This document shows positions 43,261 to 53,317 of a stretch of 64,000 nt of DNA, one piece after another; positions within the stretch are counted from its first letter, which is position 1; each line of letters opens with the position of its first letter. The position numbers and the translations under genes are program-made. The notes beneath the pieces were generated by a model, which made no database searches, was not told the origin of the DNA, and saw only the letters and a list, made by a program, of their open reading frames with translations. Source of the stretch: an uncultured Acidobacteriota bacterium (GTDB lineage: Bacteria > Acidobacteriota > Thermoanaerobaculia > Gp7-AA8); the NCBI GenBank assembly GCA_963822445.1, contig CAWGHO010000002.1:320001-384000 (forward strand), written 5' to 3'.

Positions 43261-43352
43261 TTAGTGGTTAGTCGTTAGTGGTTAGTCGTTAGTAGAACGC
43301 GTCGATTCACGAGCTTCTCCTACTAACGACTAATCACTAACGACTAACGACT
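43261..43352. repeat. Inverted heptamer arrays (TTAGTSG)x5 / (CGACTAA-like)x4-5
   Basis: ttagtgg ttagtcg ttagtgg ttagtcg ttagtag ... ctactaa cgactaa tcactaa cgactaa. Confidence 0.9.
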
Positions 43353-43355
43353 TCG

Positions 43356-44009
43356 TCACGGTTCGTATCTCCGCACCGGAACGCCTTCCTTCGAGTCGAT
43401 CGACAGCTCGGCCAGCATCTGGGTGAGGCGCTGGCCCTCGGCGGTGGTCATTTCCCAGGTCTGGCAGAGGATGTCCACCTGGTCCGGGGGGATGTCCGCG
43501 GAGATGGTGAAGCCGTTGGGGGGCTGCGTGCTGCGGATGGTCTCGCTCTTTCGCCAGACGCCGTCGACCAGCTCGCAGCGGCGATACAGCTCCCCTTTCC
43601 CGGCTGATACATGTACGCGGCGAGTGGCGGAATGCCCCGCGCGTTGGCCTTCTGCTCTTCGAGCGCGCGGAGGATCCGCTGGGCGAGCAGTTCGCGCAGA
43701 TGCAACGACGACTCGCCGTTCGAACGGGTGATTCGGAGGCCCGAGTGATAGATGCTGCGCTCGCCCGAGCTCTTCGCGAGCCGCCACAGCGTCGAGCGGA
43801 TCACACGGCAGACGAACTCGAGCTTCGTTCCCTCCCAATCGATGATGAGGTCATGCGTCGTTCCAGCGGCGATCTTCCCCTCGTGCGCGATCAGCACGCC
43901 GACGACGGAGATTTCCAGCACGCGGGCTCGGGTATCTGCGAACTCCGCGGGCAAGGGTGTTTCCAGACGGACCCGTCCGTACCGCCGCCGCTCGATTGTG
44001 GAATTGGAC
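43356..44009 (-). CDS. PilZ domain protein with additional C-terminal domain; frameshift in G-run ~43592; start uncertain
   Basis: ERRRYGRV, LEISVVG; adding one G joins ..YQPGKG to ELYRRCELVDGVW.. Confidence 0.75.
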
Positions 44010-44126
44010 ACGCAAGCGCGAGTGAAACGCGCGGGCACCATCCAAGTCAAGTCCGTCATTTGCGGGGCACGCAAAGGTGCCGCAAACGCTGCCTCGCCGC
44101 TGCCGCTCGTATAATCGCGGCATCCC

Positions 44127-46625
44127 ATGTCCTTTACGCGCCGCTACCTTGCGTGGCTCCTCGTCCCGCCGCTGATCATCAGCATCCCGCCCGCGTTGCT
44201 CTTCCTCACCCAGGTCGTGCAACTCGGCGCAGGCCGCGGGTTCGCCCTGCTGGGGTTGCTCGCGTTGATGTACGCCGGCGGATGCGTCGTCTTCACGATG
44301 ATGGTCAAGCCGCTGGCCGACGCGGTCGAGGAGGCTGCGGCCGGCCGCGGCGATCTGTCCCAGGCGATGTCCGCCTGTCTCGACAGAACGAAGAACATCT
44401 CCGTGCTGTTGTGGGGCGGCGGCGGAATCCTGTTCGCCGTCGTAGCCGCGGCGCTGTTCATGCCCACGCCGCTCGGCTTCGCCTACTTTCTCGTGGCCAG
44501 CCTCATCGCCGCGTTCCCCGCGATCATCTGGGGCTACGCCATGGGCAAGCATCGCCTGCTCGAGGCCGCGGGCACCGCACGCGTTCACTACACCGGCCGC
44601 GGCCTCTCCCTCGGCACGAAGATCGCCGCGGTCTTCATCGGCTCGCTGACCGTTTCCGCGGCCGCGCTCATCCTGCTCATCTCCTCGCGCGTCTCGACGA
44701 CACTCGAGCATCTCGCCATCAGCTCCGCATCCGAGCGTTTCGATCGCGTCTATCAGAGCGCGAGCATCCTCGCGAAAGTCGACGAATCCGCGCTGGACAC
44801 GCTGCGGATCTATATCCCCGCCGAGTACTCGCTTCACCTAATCGATCCACAGGGCCGCGCTACCGGGACGAAGAAAGACGACCCGCTGGGCGAGGATGAA
44901 GTGAAGGCGATCCGCGCGATCGGTACCGGCGACAGCAGCGCCTTCATCGCGCCGCATGTCAGCCGCTTCGCCAAGTTGAAGGACGGCTCGATTCTGGTGC
45001 TGGCCATCCCCTGGACGCCGTACCAGAACATCCCCTTCCAGATCACCTTCTACACGCTGATCGTTTCGCTGCTGACCACCGCCGTGTTCAGCGCGGCGAC
45101 GGTCGTGCTGTCGCGCGACGTGACCGTGCCGCTGCGCGAGCTGCGCGCGCTGGCGCGGGAGATGGCCGAGGGCAATTTCGATGTGGCGCCGCGGGTGTTT
45201 GCCGATGACGAGGTTGGCCAGCTCGGCGAAAGCTTCGGCGAGACCCGCTCCAACCTTCGCCGCCTCCTCGGCCGCGTCGGCGGCAGCGGCACGACGATCA
45301 CCGACGGCGTCCGGGTCATCACCGGCGGCACGGAGATGCTCCTCGGACGCTCGCGCGATCAGAGCGAGCTCACCGAAAGCTCGTCGATGGCGGTCGAGAA
45401 CGTCCGCGGCGGCATCCGCAGCGTGCTCGGCGCCGCGGAAACGGTCACCGATCTCACCCAGGACGCTTCCAGCCGCGCGCTCGAGCTGCAGGCTTCGGCC
45501 GAAGAGGTCGCGCGCAGCATGGATTACCTCTTCCAGTCCGTGGAAAAGACCTCGGCATCGACGACGGAGATGAACGCGTCGATGAACGAGATGTCGCAGC
45601 GCACCGAGGTGCTGGCAGGGATCGGCGAGGAAGTGCTGTCGTTCGTCGCGGAGATGGACTCCACCGTGACCGAGCTGCTCTCGACCTCGCACTCGACCGC
45701 GGAGCTCGCGCAGCAGGTGCGTGAGGACGCGCGTGCAGGCGGCGCAGCTGTCGATCGCACCGTCGACGGAATCAACGTCACTCACGAGCTGACGATGAGC
45801 ACCGCGAAAACAATCGACGACCTGCAGCGGAGCGTCGGCGAGATCAGCCAGATCCTTACCGTGATCGAGGACGTGGCCAACCGCACCAACCTGCTCTCAC
45901 TGAATGCCGCGATCATCGCCGCGCAGGCCGGCGAGCAGGGCGCGGGATTCACGGTCGTCGCCGACGAGATCCGCGAGCTCGCCGAGCGGACCCGCGGGTC
46001 AACGAAAGAGATCAGCACGATCATCAAAGCCGTGCAGAGCGGCTCCCGGCAGGCCGTGGCGAAGATGCACGAAGGCGTGGCGAAGGTCACCGACAACGTC
46101 CGTCTGGCGCAGAACGCGGCGCAATCGCTGGCGAAGATCGTCGACAGCGCCACGAACTCCTACGAAATGGCCACGAACATCTCCCGAGCCCTCGGCGAAC
46201 AGTCGCAGGCCAGCCGGCGGCTGCACGAGGTGACGTCGCGGATGTCCGATCACATCGCCGAGATCAACCGAGCCACGCGCGAACAGGCGCGGGGCACGCA
46301 GCTGATGGCTCACGAATCAGAGCGCGTCCGCGACATTGCCGCGCAGGTGAAGAACGCGACGGAAGAGCAGTCGACGGCCGGCCGCGGGATCACCAGCGCC
46401 CTGGAGAAGATCGCCGAAGACGCGCGCGCAATGCGCGATCTGCTCGAGCGCCAGCTCGAAGAAACGGACCGCATCGCCGATGCCTCGCGCGTGATGCTCG
46501 AGATCGCGCAGAAGAACGACGCCATGGCCCGCGAGTTCAATGCGACTGTGCAGAACCTCGTGCGCAGCGGTCAGGACTTCGAGAGCGAAGTCACGCGGTT
46601 CAGATTCCGGGGTGCGGACGCGTAG
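44127..46625 (+). CDS. Methyl-accepting chemotaxis protein with multi-TM N-terminus and HAMP domain
   Basis: DEVGQL, RTNLLSLNAAIIAAQAGEQGAGFTVVADEIRELAERT. Confidence 0.95.
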   Translation: MSFTRRYLAWLLVPPLIISIPPALLFLTQVVQLGAGRGFALLGLLALMYAGGCVVFTMMVKPLADAVEEAAAGRGDLSQAMSACLDRTKNISVLLWGGGGILFAVVAAALFMPTPLGFAYFLVASLIAAFPAIIWGYAMGKHRLLEAAGTARVHYTGRGLSLGTKIAAVFIGSLTVSAAALILLISSRVSTTLEHLAISSASERFDRVYQSASILAKVDESALDTLRIYIPAEYSLHLIDPQGRATGTKKDDPLGEDEVKAIRAIGTGDSSAFIAPHVSRFAKLKDGSILVLAIPWTPYQNIPFQITFYTLIVSLLTTAVFSAATVVLSRDVTVPLRELRALAREMAEGNFDVAPRVFADDEVGQLGESFGETRSNLRRLLGRVGGSGTTITDGVRVITGGTEMLLGRSRDQSELTESSSMAVENVRGGIRSVLGAAETVTDLTQDASSRALELQASAEEVARSMDYLFQSVEKTSASTTEMNASMNEMSQRTEVLAGIGEEVLSFVAEMDSTVTELLSTSHSTAELAQQVREDARAGGAAVDRTVDGINVTHELTMSTAKTIDDLQRSVGEISQILTVIEDVANRTNLLSLNAAIIAAQAGEQGAGFTVVADEIRELAERTRGSTKEISTIIKAVQSGSRQAVAKMHEGVAKVTDNVRLAQNAAQSLAKIVDSATNSYEMATNISRALGEQSQASRRLHEVTSRMSDHIAEINRATREQARGTQLMAHESERVRDIAAQVKNATEEQSTAGRGITSALEKIAEDARAMRDLLERQLEETDRIADASRVMLEIAQKNDAMAREFNATVQNLVRSGQDFESEVTRFRFRGADA

Positions 46626-46667
46626 GCCGGCCAGGGTAGGTTTGTTTCTCACACAAAGGAGAGTTGA

Positions 46668-49600
46668 ATGAAGCGTTGCTTCCGGCCGCTCGCCGTCCTC
46701 ATTTTCTGTGGGGCAGTGGCGGAAAACGCCTATGCCGCGTGCAGCACAACCGTCTCCATTAGCGTGGCTCCGCCAACGCTGAACCCAGGTCCCGACAACG
46801 CGGTCGTCACCATCACATACGCGTTCACCGGGTCGACGACAGGCGGCGTGGCGCTGGAAAACTGGCAGAGCACGAACGTCTCCGAAGCGAGCGGCACGAT
46901 CGTCTTCAACTACCCCATGGGCTGCAAAACCAGCGGCGAGTATCTCTTCCGAGCGATCGCGACGCCGACTGGTCCCGGGTGCGACACGACGGCTGATCGA
47001 GCCACGGCCGAGGCGACGATCACCGTTGACGCAAAGCCAACGATCCATGCCTCGGCAATCGACCTGGTCGGCGCGGGCGAGTACACGCTGCTCATCTCCG
47101 CGGACTGGGCGTTTCCACTGACGGGGACTTCGAGCTCAAATCGCCACATCAAGTTCTTCGTCGATGGCATCGGCGTCGATCCGCCGGTCAGTACGCTCGC
47201 CGCGAAGCAAGGCTCCGGGGAGTTCGCCGTAACCGTCGCCTGTCTTGCCACCGGGAATCACCAACTCACTGCGCGCGCCACCTCCTGTCCGGGCTCCGAC
47301 GAGCCGAATGAGGTAGCGATGTCCGAGCCAACGAACTTTGCTATTACAGCAGCAAAGGTAAGCGGCGTTAGTTTCACTCCTGGCCCGGGGAACGCTTTCA
47401 CCGCAACTGTGGGCTACGCGTTTGAGGCCACGACCGGGTCGTTCCGGCGAAGGGTCACATCGACCTTCGACGGTCAAGGCGGCCCGTCCAATCCAGACGA
47501 TTTGAACGCCTCCGGAACGACGAACCTGACATTCAACGGCTGTCGGTCGGCCGGCGAGTATCCGGTTTCAATCTATGCCATTGCCTGTCCGGGCGTCGCC
47601 GGGGAATCCGCCAGAACGGACCGCCTCGACACGTTCGTCAAGATCCCGATCATCGCGGCAAGAGGAACCATCGACGTCAAGGCGCGGTACGACCCCTCTA
47701 CGAGAAAAGCCTATCTGACCGGCTCCCAAACGCTTCCGACGGGAATCAGCTCCGCACAGCGGATCATTCGTCGCCTGGCTGCGACCGGCGAAGACGGCCA
47801 GCCCATCGAAGCGCTGGTCATCGACAGCAGCACCGTCGGGACGGGCACATTCGCCTTTGGTCCGATTGACCTGCCCACAGGCGCGCGCCAGTTTCAGTTT
47901 GAAGCATTGCTCCAATTCTGCAATGGGGAAGCACGAAACGTGGCCGCCGTTGACTGCAGCTGCGACGAGGCGACCGAAGCTCCCGTCTATCTGTCGGATG
48001 GGAACATGCGCTACAGCGACGGCGAGCCGCTGCCCGCCCAACTGGGCCGGCTCACGTTCGCCCGGACCTATGACTCTCACCATCGCTTCCGTGGCTCCCT
48101 TGGACGGGGATGGTGGTCGATGTTCGACCGCCGCCTGACCGTCACTCCATCCTCGACGGGTGAAACGATAGCCCTCACGACCGACAACAATGAGTCGGTC
48201 GTATTCGTACGTGATGCCGCCAGTAGCTATACGCAGTATTGGCCCCGAAATACGCGGTCGCTTGGTACGCTCGTCAAGGATTCCAGCGCGCAAGTTTTCC
48301 GTTATCGCGGTGATCACGGAACGTCCGAGCATCTCTTCAGGATCAGCGACGGTCGCTACGTCGGGCAGCGCGATCTCGGCACAGACCGCCAGATGACCAT
48401 CGCTTATGACAGCAACGGATTGCCGTCATCGGTAACAGATTCCTGGACAGGCCTCACGTGGACGATCGCCACCGACGCGACAAAGAGGCGGATCACCTCG
48501 ATCACTTCAGGCGACAACACGTGGACCTATCAGTACGACGCGAATGACAACCTGACCACCGTGCTCGCGCCCGGAGCGACGGCGTGGCGCGCCTATGAAC
48601 ACGTGAACGATCTCCATGACCGCTGCTCGTGATGCGCTCGGGAATTTGATCGAGACTCATGATTACGACGCGAACGGCGTTGCCATCAACTCCACAGGTC
48701 AGGGCGATGAGATCGAGAGTATCGAATACGGACTGCCGGGCTCCACGGCTGAAGAGCAGATCACACGCATCACCCTGAAGACCGGAGCGGTCACGGACCA
48801 CGTCCTGCGCTTGATCGGCGGTGGTTACCGAACGGTACAGGTCATCGGCAATTGCGCGACCTGTGGCGGTCATGGGGACCGGACCTACGTACGCGACCAT
48901 CAAGGCCGCGTCGTGCGCGAGCAGCGCGCTGATGGATTCATCGACGTGACGGTCTACACAACCGATCGCGTCGAGTCCGAGGAACGGCACCTCAAGCCGG
49001 TGGGTTGCGATCCGCTGACGGCAACCGACCAGTGCCGCATGACTACGGATGAACTGGCCGCTGCGCAACTCGAATCGACGACCGCGACGCTGAAGACTGT
49101 GTACACGTACGCCGATCCAAACTGGCCGGAGCGAGCGACCAGAGTTCGCACGCCGAGTGTCGCGGTCGCCGGTGCGTTTCGCGATGAGACATATGTCTAT
49201 CACTCGATCACGGGCCAGGTCGTGAACCTGACCCTCTCGGGTCAGGCTGGCAACGTTCCGACGCCGGCTTCGCGCGGGTCGGCAACCACGTTGTACGAGA
49301 ATGGACCGGGTCAGACCGACGGGCTCACTCCCGCCTTCGACCCGGGCGGCGTCTTCCTGCCTGCGTGGATGTCGCTTCCTCAGCCTATGTACCTGACACG
49401 CTCGATCGATGGTCCGCGAACGGACGTACAGGACATTACGTCGTTCGTTTACTACCCAGTCGATCCGACGGTGCCGGCGCTTCTGCGCGGGAGGCTCGCC
49501 GCGGCACGGAATGCCGCGGGCCACACGACCCGCTTCGAGAGCTACGACGCGTTCGGCAACGTCACCCGACAGGTCGATCCGAACGGCGTGGCCACGGAAA

Positions 49601-52371
49601 TGACGTACGACGCATTCGGCCGCCTCACCGGCTCGACGCTAAAAGGCGTCGCCGGTTGTGACACCGCCGCGGATCCCCTTTGCGCCACCGACCTCGTCAC
49701 GAGCCGAGGGTACTCGCCGGCCGCCGGGCCGCTCAGCGAAGAAGTCAGACCCGGAGGAGGAACGACCTCTTACACCTACGACAACCGGGGCCGGTTGCGA
49801 ACCGTATCGCGCGGTCCGTCCGCCGCCGATCAACGCGAGCGTATTGAGACAAGCTACGACCCGCTGTCGGGAATGAAGAACCTCGAGCGCATCCTCGCAT
49901 TCGAGAGCGGGCAATGGGTTGAAAAGAAACGAGAGACGTATAGCTACACCGCCGACCGGCTACTGGAGACCGTCACGCATGCCGACGGCGCGTCGGCGGG
50001 CTATAGCTACGACGCCACCGGCCGCCTCGCAGGCGCGCGCGACGAGAACCACACCCAGCCCAACACGACCTACGCCTACGACGCCGCGGGCCGACTCAAG
50101 ACGGTGAAGCAGACACTGTCCGACCATCCGCAGGGGTTCATCACCACGAGCTACGGCTACGACGTTCACGGCAACCTTACCACCGTGACCGATCCCAACG
50201 GGAACTTGACGAGCTATCGATACGACGACTTCGGCCTGCTGGCAAACCAAGTCAGTCCCGTGACGGGAACCACTTTGTATGGATACGACGCGGCGGGCAA
50301 CGCTGTGCTCACGCAGATGGCCAATAACACGGCGACAGCGAGCACGTTCGATGCATTGAACCGAACGACGACGAGCGTTTCGAATTTGAATGGCGTTGGT
50401 GGTGAGACCGTCGCGTGGACCTACGACGACGCGACGCCCGGACGGTTCGGGATCGGGCGCATCGCGACGGCCTCTTATCCCAATGGAAACACTGGCTATC
50501 ACTACGACCGGCGCGGGTTCCCGAGAGAAGAGATCCAGACATCTCATGTCGGGGCCACTGGTGCGACAGCCGTCTTCATCACCAAATACCGTTACGACGG
50601 CGACGGGAACCGATCGACGATCGTTTATCCCTCGAACCAACTGACGGTGACCTACACTTTCGACCATGGCGGCCGGCCGCTCACGGCTTCGGGCGCGGTG
50701 ACCGGTGCGGAGTACCTGCCGTTCGGCCCACTGAAGCGACTGGACTTGGTAAACGGCACACGTCAGATCATGGCCTACGACGCGCGCTACCAGATGACCG
50801 GCAACCAGTTCATCGATACGACGACCTCGTTAAAGTTTGCCGACTATGTCTACGACTCCGATCCGGCTGGGAACATCGAACGAATTGAAGACCTGCTGGA
50901 CCCTAGCTACGACCGGCAGTTCGGATACGACGATCTCGATCGCCTGACCTCGGCTAATACGGGAACTGCGCTTTGGGCCAATGGCGAATACAAATGGGAC
51001 GCGATGGGAAACATTCTTTCGCTGAAGCTTGGCGAAATCCCCCCCGGCGGCGACGACTGGCTTCTGCGCAAGCGCGGCGTCCGCGGCGATGAGAACCAGC
51101 CCCTGGGTCGATCGAGTAGCTTCGCGTACGTCGGCACGACCTCACTGCTGGCAGAGATCACGACGAACCATCTGACTCGACCGGTTGCTCACGATGCTGC
51201 CGGAAACGAGACACGACACATCGTGAGCCGCGAGTACTCGAGGCGGAGTCTGATGACTCAGGTGATCAATGATTCGGAGCCAGGGACCGGGTTTCCCCAA
51301 CAGGTACATTACTGGTACGACGGCCGCGGTGTGCGTCTGCGACGCGCAGAGTACTTGAACGACGACGATGACCCATTCGGAATTCAGCGTCACTTCGTCT
51401 ACTCGCCAGAACTTCAACTGCTGGCGGTCAGTCGCAACAGCATTCCTAGCTGGTCGGATCCGTCCGCGGACCCTGTCCCGGGGCAACCGATCCACTACGA
51501 GATAGTCTGGTTCGGATCGCGGCCAGTGGCTCAGGTAACACCTGGAGGACCAACACGCTTCACCTTCGCCGACCACCTGCCGACACCGCTGATCCAGACC
51601 GACGCCGCGCGCAATGTGATTTGGAGAGCTGAATACGAACCGTTCGGGAACATCTACGAGATGCGCAGCGGAAATCGCAACGAACAGCCGCTGCGATTTC
51701 CGGGACAGGAACTGGCCCTGACATGGGAGGGGTTCGAGGAAAACTACAACATCTTTCGGTGGTACCGGTCAGGGTGGGGAAGGTATACGACCCCTGACCC
51801 CTTAACAATGTTCTGGAGTGTGTTCCCCGAACCATACGCGTACGTAAGCGGGAACCCGCTTCGCCTCGTTGATCGCACCGGCCTGTTCGCGATCGATTCA
51901 TCGTGTTCGCGAGCACCCTTTGGTCCGCGGCTCTCGACCGATGTTCAGAACATGTGCAAGCACACGACGACGCCGGGAACGAAGTGCGCGAACGCGCTCG
52001 CTAACGTCAGTTCATTCTTCGGACAGAGCTCCAATCATTTGTCGAAGTGCTTCGACAAACAGTGCAAAGGCACGCAGACGAGGATCACGTGCGGCACCTG
52101 TGATCCGAACTGCGGGTGGACTCGCGGCGGCTTCCCGAATATCGAAATGCGCATTGGTACCGGGAGTGGAAACGCAGGTTGCCCGATCACGCAGCGCGGA
52201 TCTTACGAAGAGACGCTGTTCCACGAGACGCTGCACGTCTGTGCGTTCGCCAATCCCGAGACCGACGAGCCGCACATGAACACGCAGAACGCGAGGGTCT
52301 TCCGCTACTTGGAGCGTGAATGCTACAACTGGCGAGATCCGAGCCTGCCACCGTTGCCGCCGAGGAGGTAA
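46668..52371 (+). CDS. Rhs/YD-repeat polymorphic toxin (~1900 aa): signal peptide, Ig-like region, DUF6531-like domain, Rhs core, C-terminal HExxH metallopeptidase; one frameshift at ~48614
   Basis: ORFs 46668-48632 and 48616-52371 join as YEHVNDLMTAARD if one C is removed; FARTYDS..LGRGW; YDxxGRL repeats; RFPGQ..YNIFRWY..GRY..PDP..YAYV.GNP...DRTGL; FHETLH. Confidence 0.9.
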
Positions 52372-52374
52372 GCG

Positions 52375-52989
52375 GTGCGCAGACTCTCTTGGATCATCAT
52401 TTTGTTCGTCGCGCTTGCCCCACATGAGGCACGGGCGTGCCAGTGCGGAACGCGGCCGGATGCCCGTACAGCTGCTGCGAAATGGTCTGACGTGGTGATC
52501 TCGGGAACGGTGGTCGAAGTGGAGCCGATGAAGTTACGGTTCCGCTTTGGAGGCCGCAAAACAACTGTCGCGACGTCCCGCGTGCTACTCAAAATTGATC
52601 GGATCTGGAAAGGATCGACGAACGGTCATCTCGTGCTAACGCAGGGCATCACCAGCTGCGATTACCCCCACTTCCAGAAAGGCCGGCGATATCTCGTTTT
52701 TGCTTCTACCACAAAGCTTGGTGATGACGCTGATGCGAAGACAGGCTGGAGTGCGAATCGCTGCCTACCCACGCAAGAAGTAGGAACGGCAGCGAACGAT
52801 TTGACGCAACTAGGCGGCGGCGTGGCTGTCAATCCGCCACGCGGGCAACATCGCGAGCGTGAGTCCTGGTTTGGACGAACTAATCGCACGTTGGGACTGT
52901 CGGGCGCCACCATCGTAGCGCTTCTTGCCGCACTGGCACTCGCCTGGATCATGTTCTATAGACGGCGATCGACCGGCAGGACCCGATGA
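52375..52989 (+). CDS. TIMP/NTR-like protein with signal peptide and C-terminal TM anchor; putative immunity protein
   Basis: ..EARA|CQC.., SDVVISG.V, KIDRIWKG, SCDY, YLVFA, NRC; SD AGGAGG lies inside the last Rhs codons. Confidence 0.75.
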   Translation: MRRLSWIIILFVALAPHEARACQCGTRPDARTAAAKWSDVVISGTVVEVEPMKLRFRFGGRKTTVATSRVLLKIDRIWKGSTNGHLVLTQGITSCDYPHFQKGRRYLVFASTTKLGDDADAKTGWSANRCLPTQEVGTAANDLTQLGGGVAVNPPRGQHRERESWFGRTNRTLGLSGATIVALLAALALAWIMFYRRRSTGRTR

Positions 52990-53000
52990 ACGATGTCTGC

Positions 53001-53120
53001 AACATTTTCCGGTGGTATCGGAGTGGGTGGGGGCGGTATACCCAAGCCGATCCGATTGGGCTGCAGGACGGTACGAACCTCTACGCCTACGTCGGTGCAA
53101 ACCCGACAGCAGTCACCGCC
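53001..53120 (+). pseudogene. Orphan Rhs core remnant
   Basis: NIFRWYRSGWGRYTQADPIGLQDGTNLYAYVGANP, homologous to 51748-51860. Confidence 0.85.
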
Positions 53121-53270
53121 GACGTTGATCGAATCGCACGAAATCGCGCGAGGCACCACATGGATCACGAAGCCTTGTCCCCGAACTCAACGCGGCCGCA
53201 GCACCTGTAGCCGGGGAGGAGTTCGAAAGCGAGGTGACGCGGTTTCGTTTTTGCGGTGCGGACGCGTAGG
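53121..53270 (+). pseudogene. Degenerate duplicate of the mcp 3' end
   Basis: 53213-53270 encodes GEEFESEVTRFRFCGADA* versus mcp GQDFESEVTRFRFRGADA* (46569-46626). Confidence 0.85.
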
Positions 53271-53317
53271 AGATCGCGTACACTTTGGGGGTTAGACTGG
53301 ATGGGAGGGGTGGTTGA

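Noticed and set aside
48600-48632. Rhs split into two genes
   Set aside because: Removing one C gives a seamless YD-repeat sequence; treated as one gene with a probable sequencing indel
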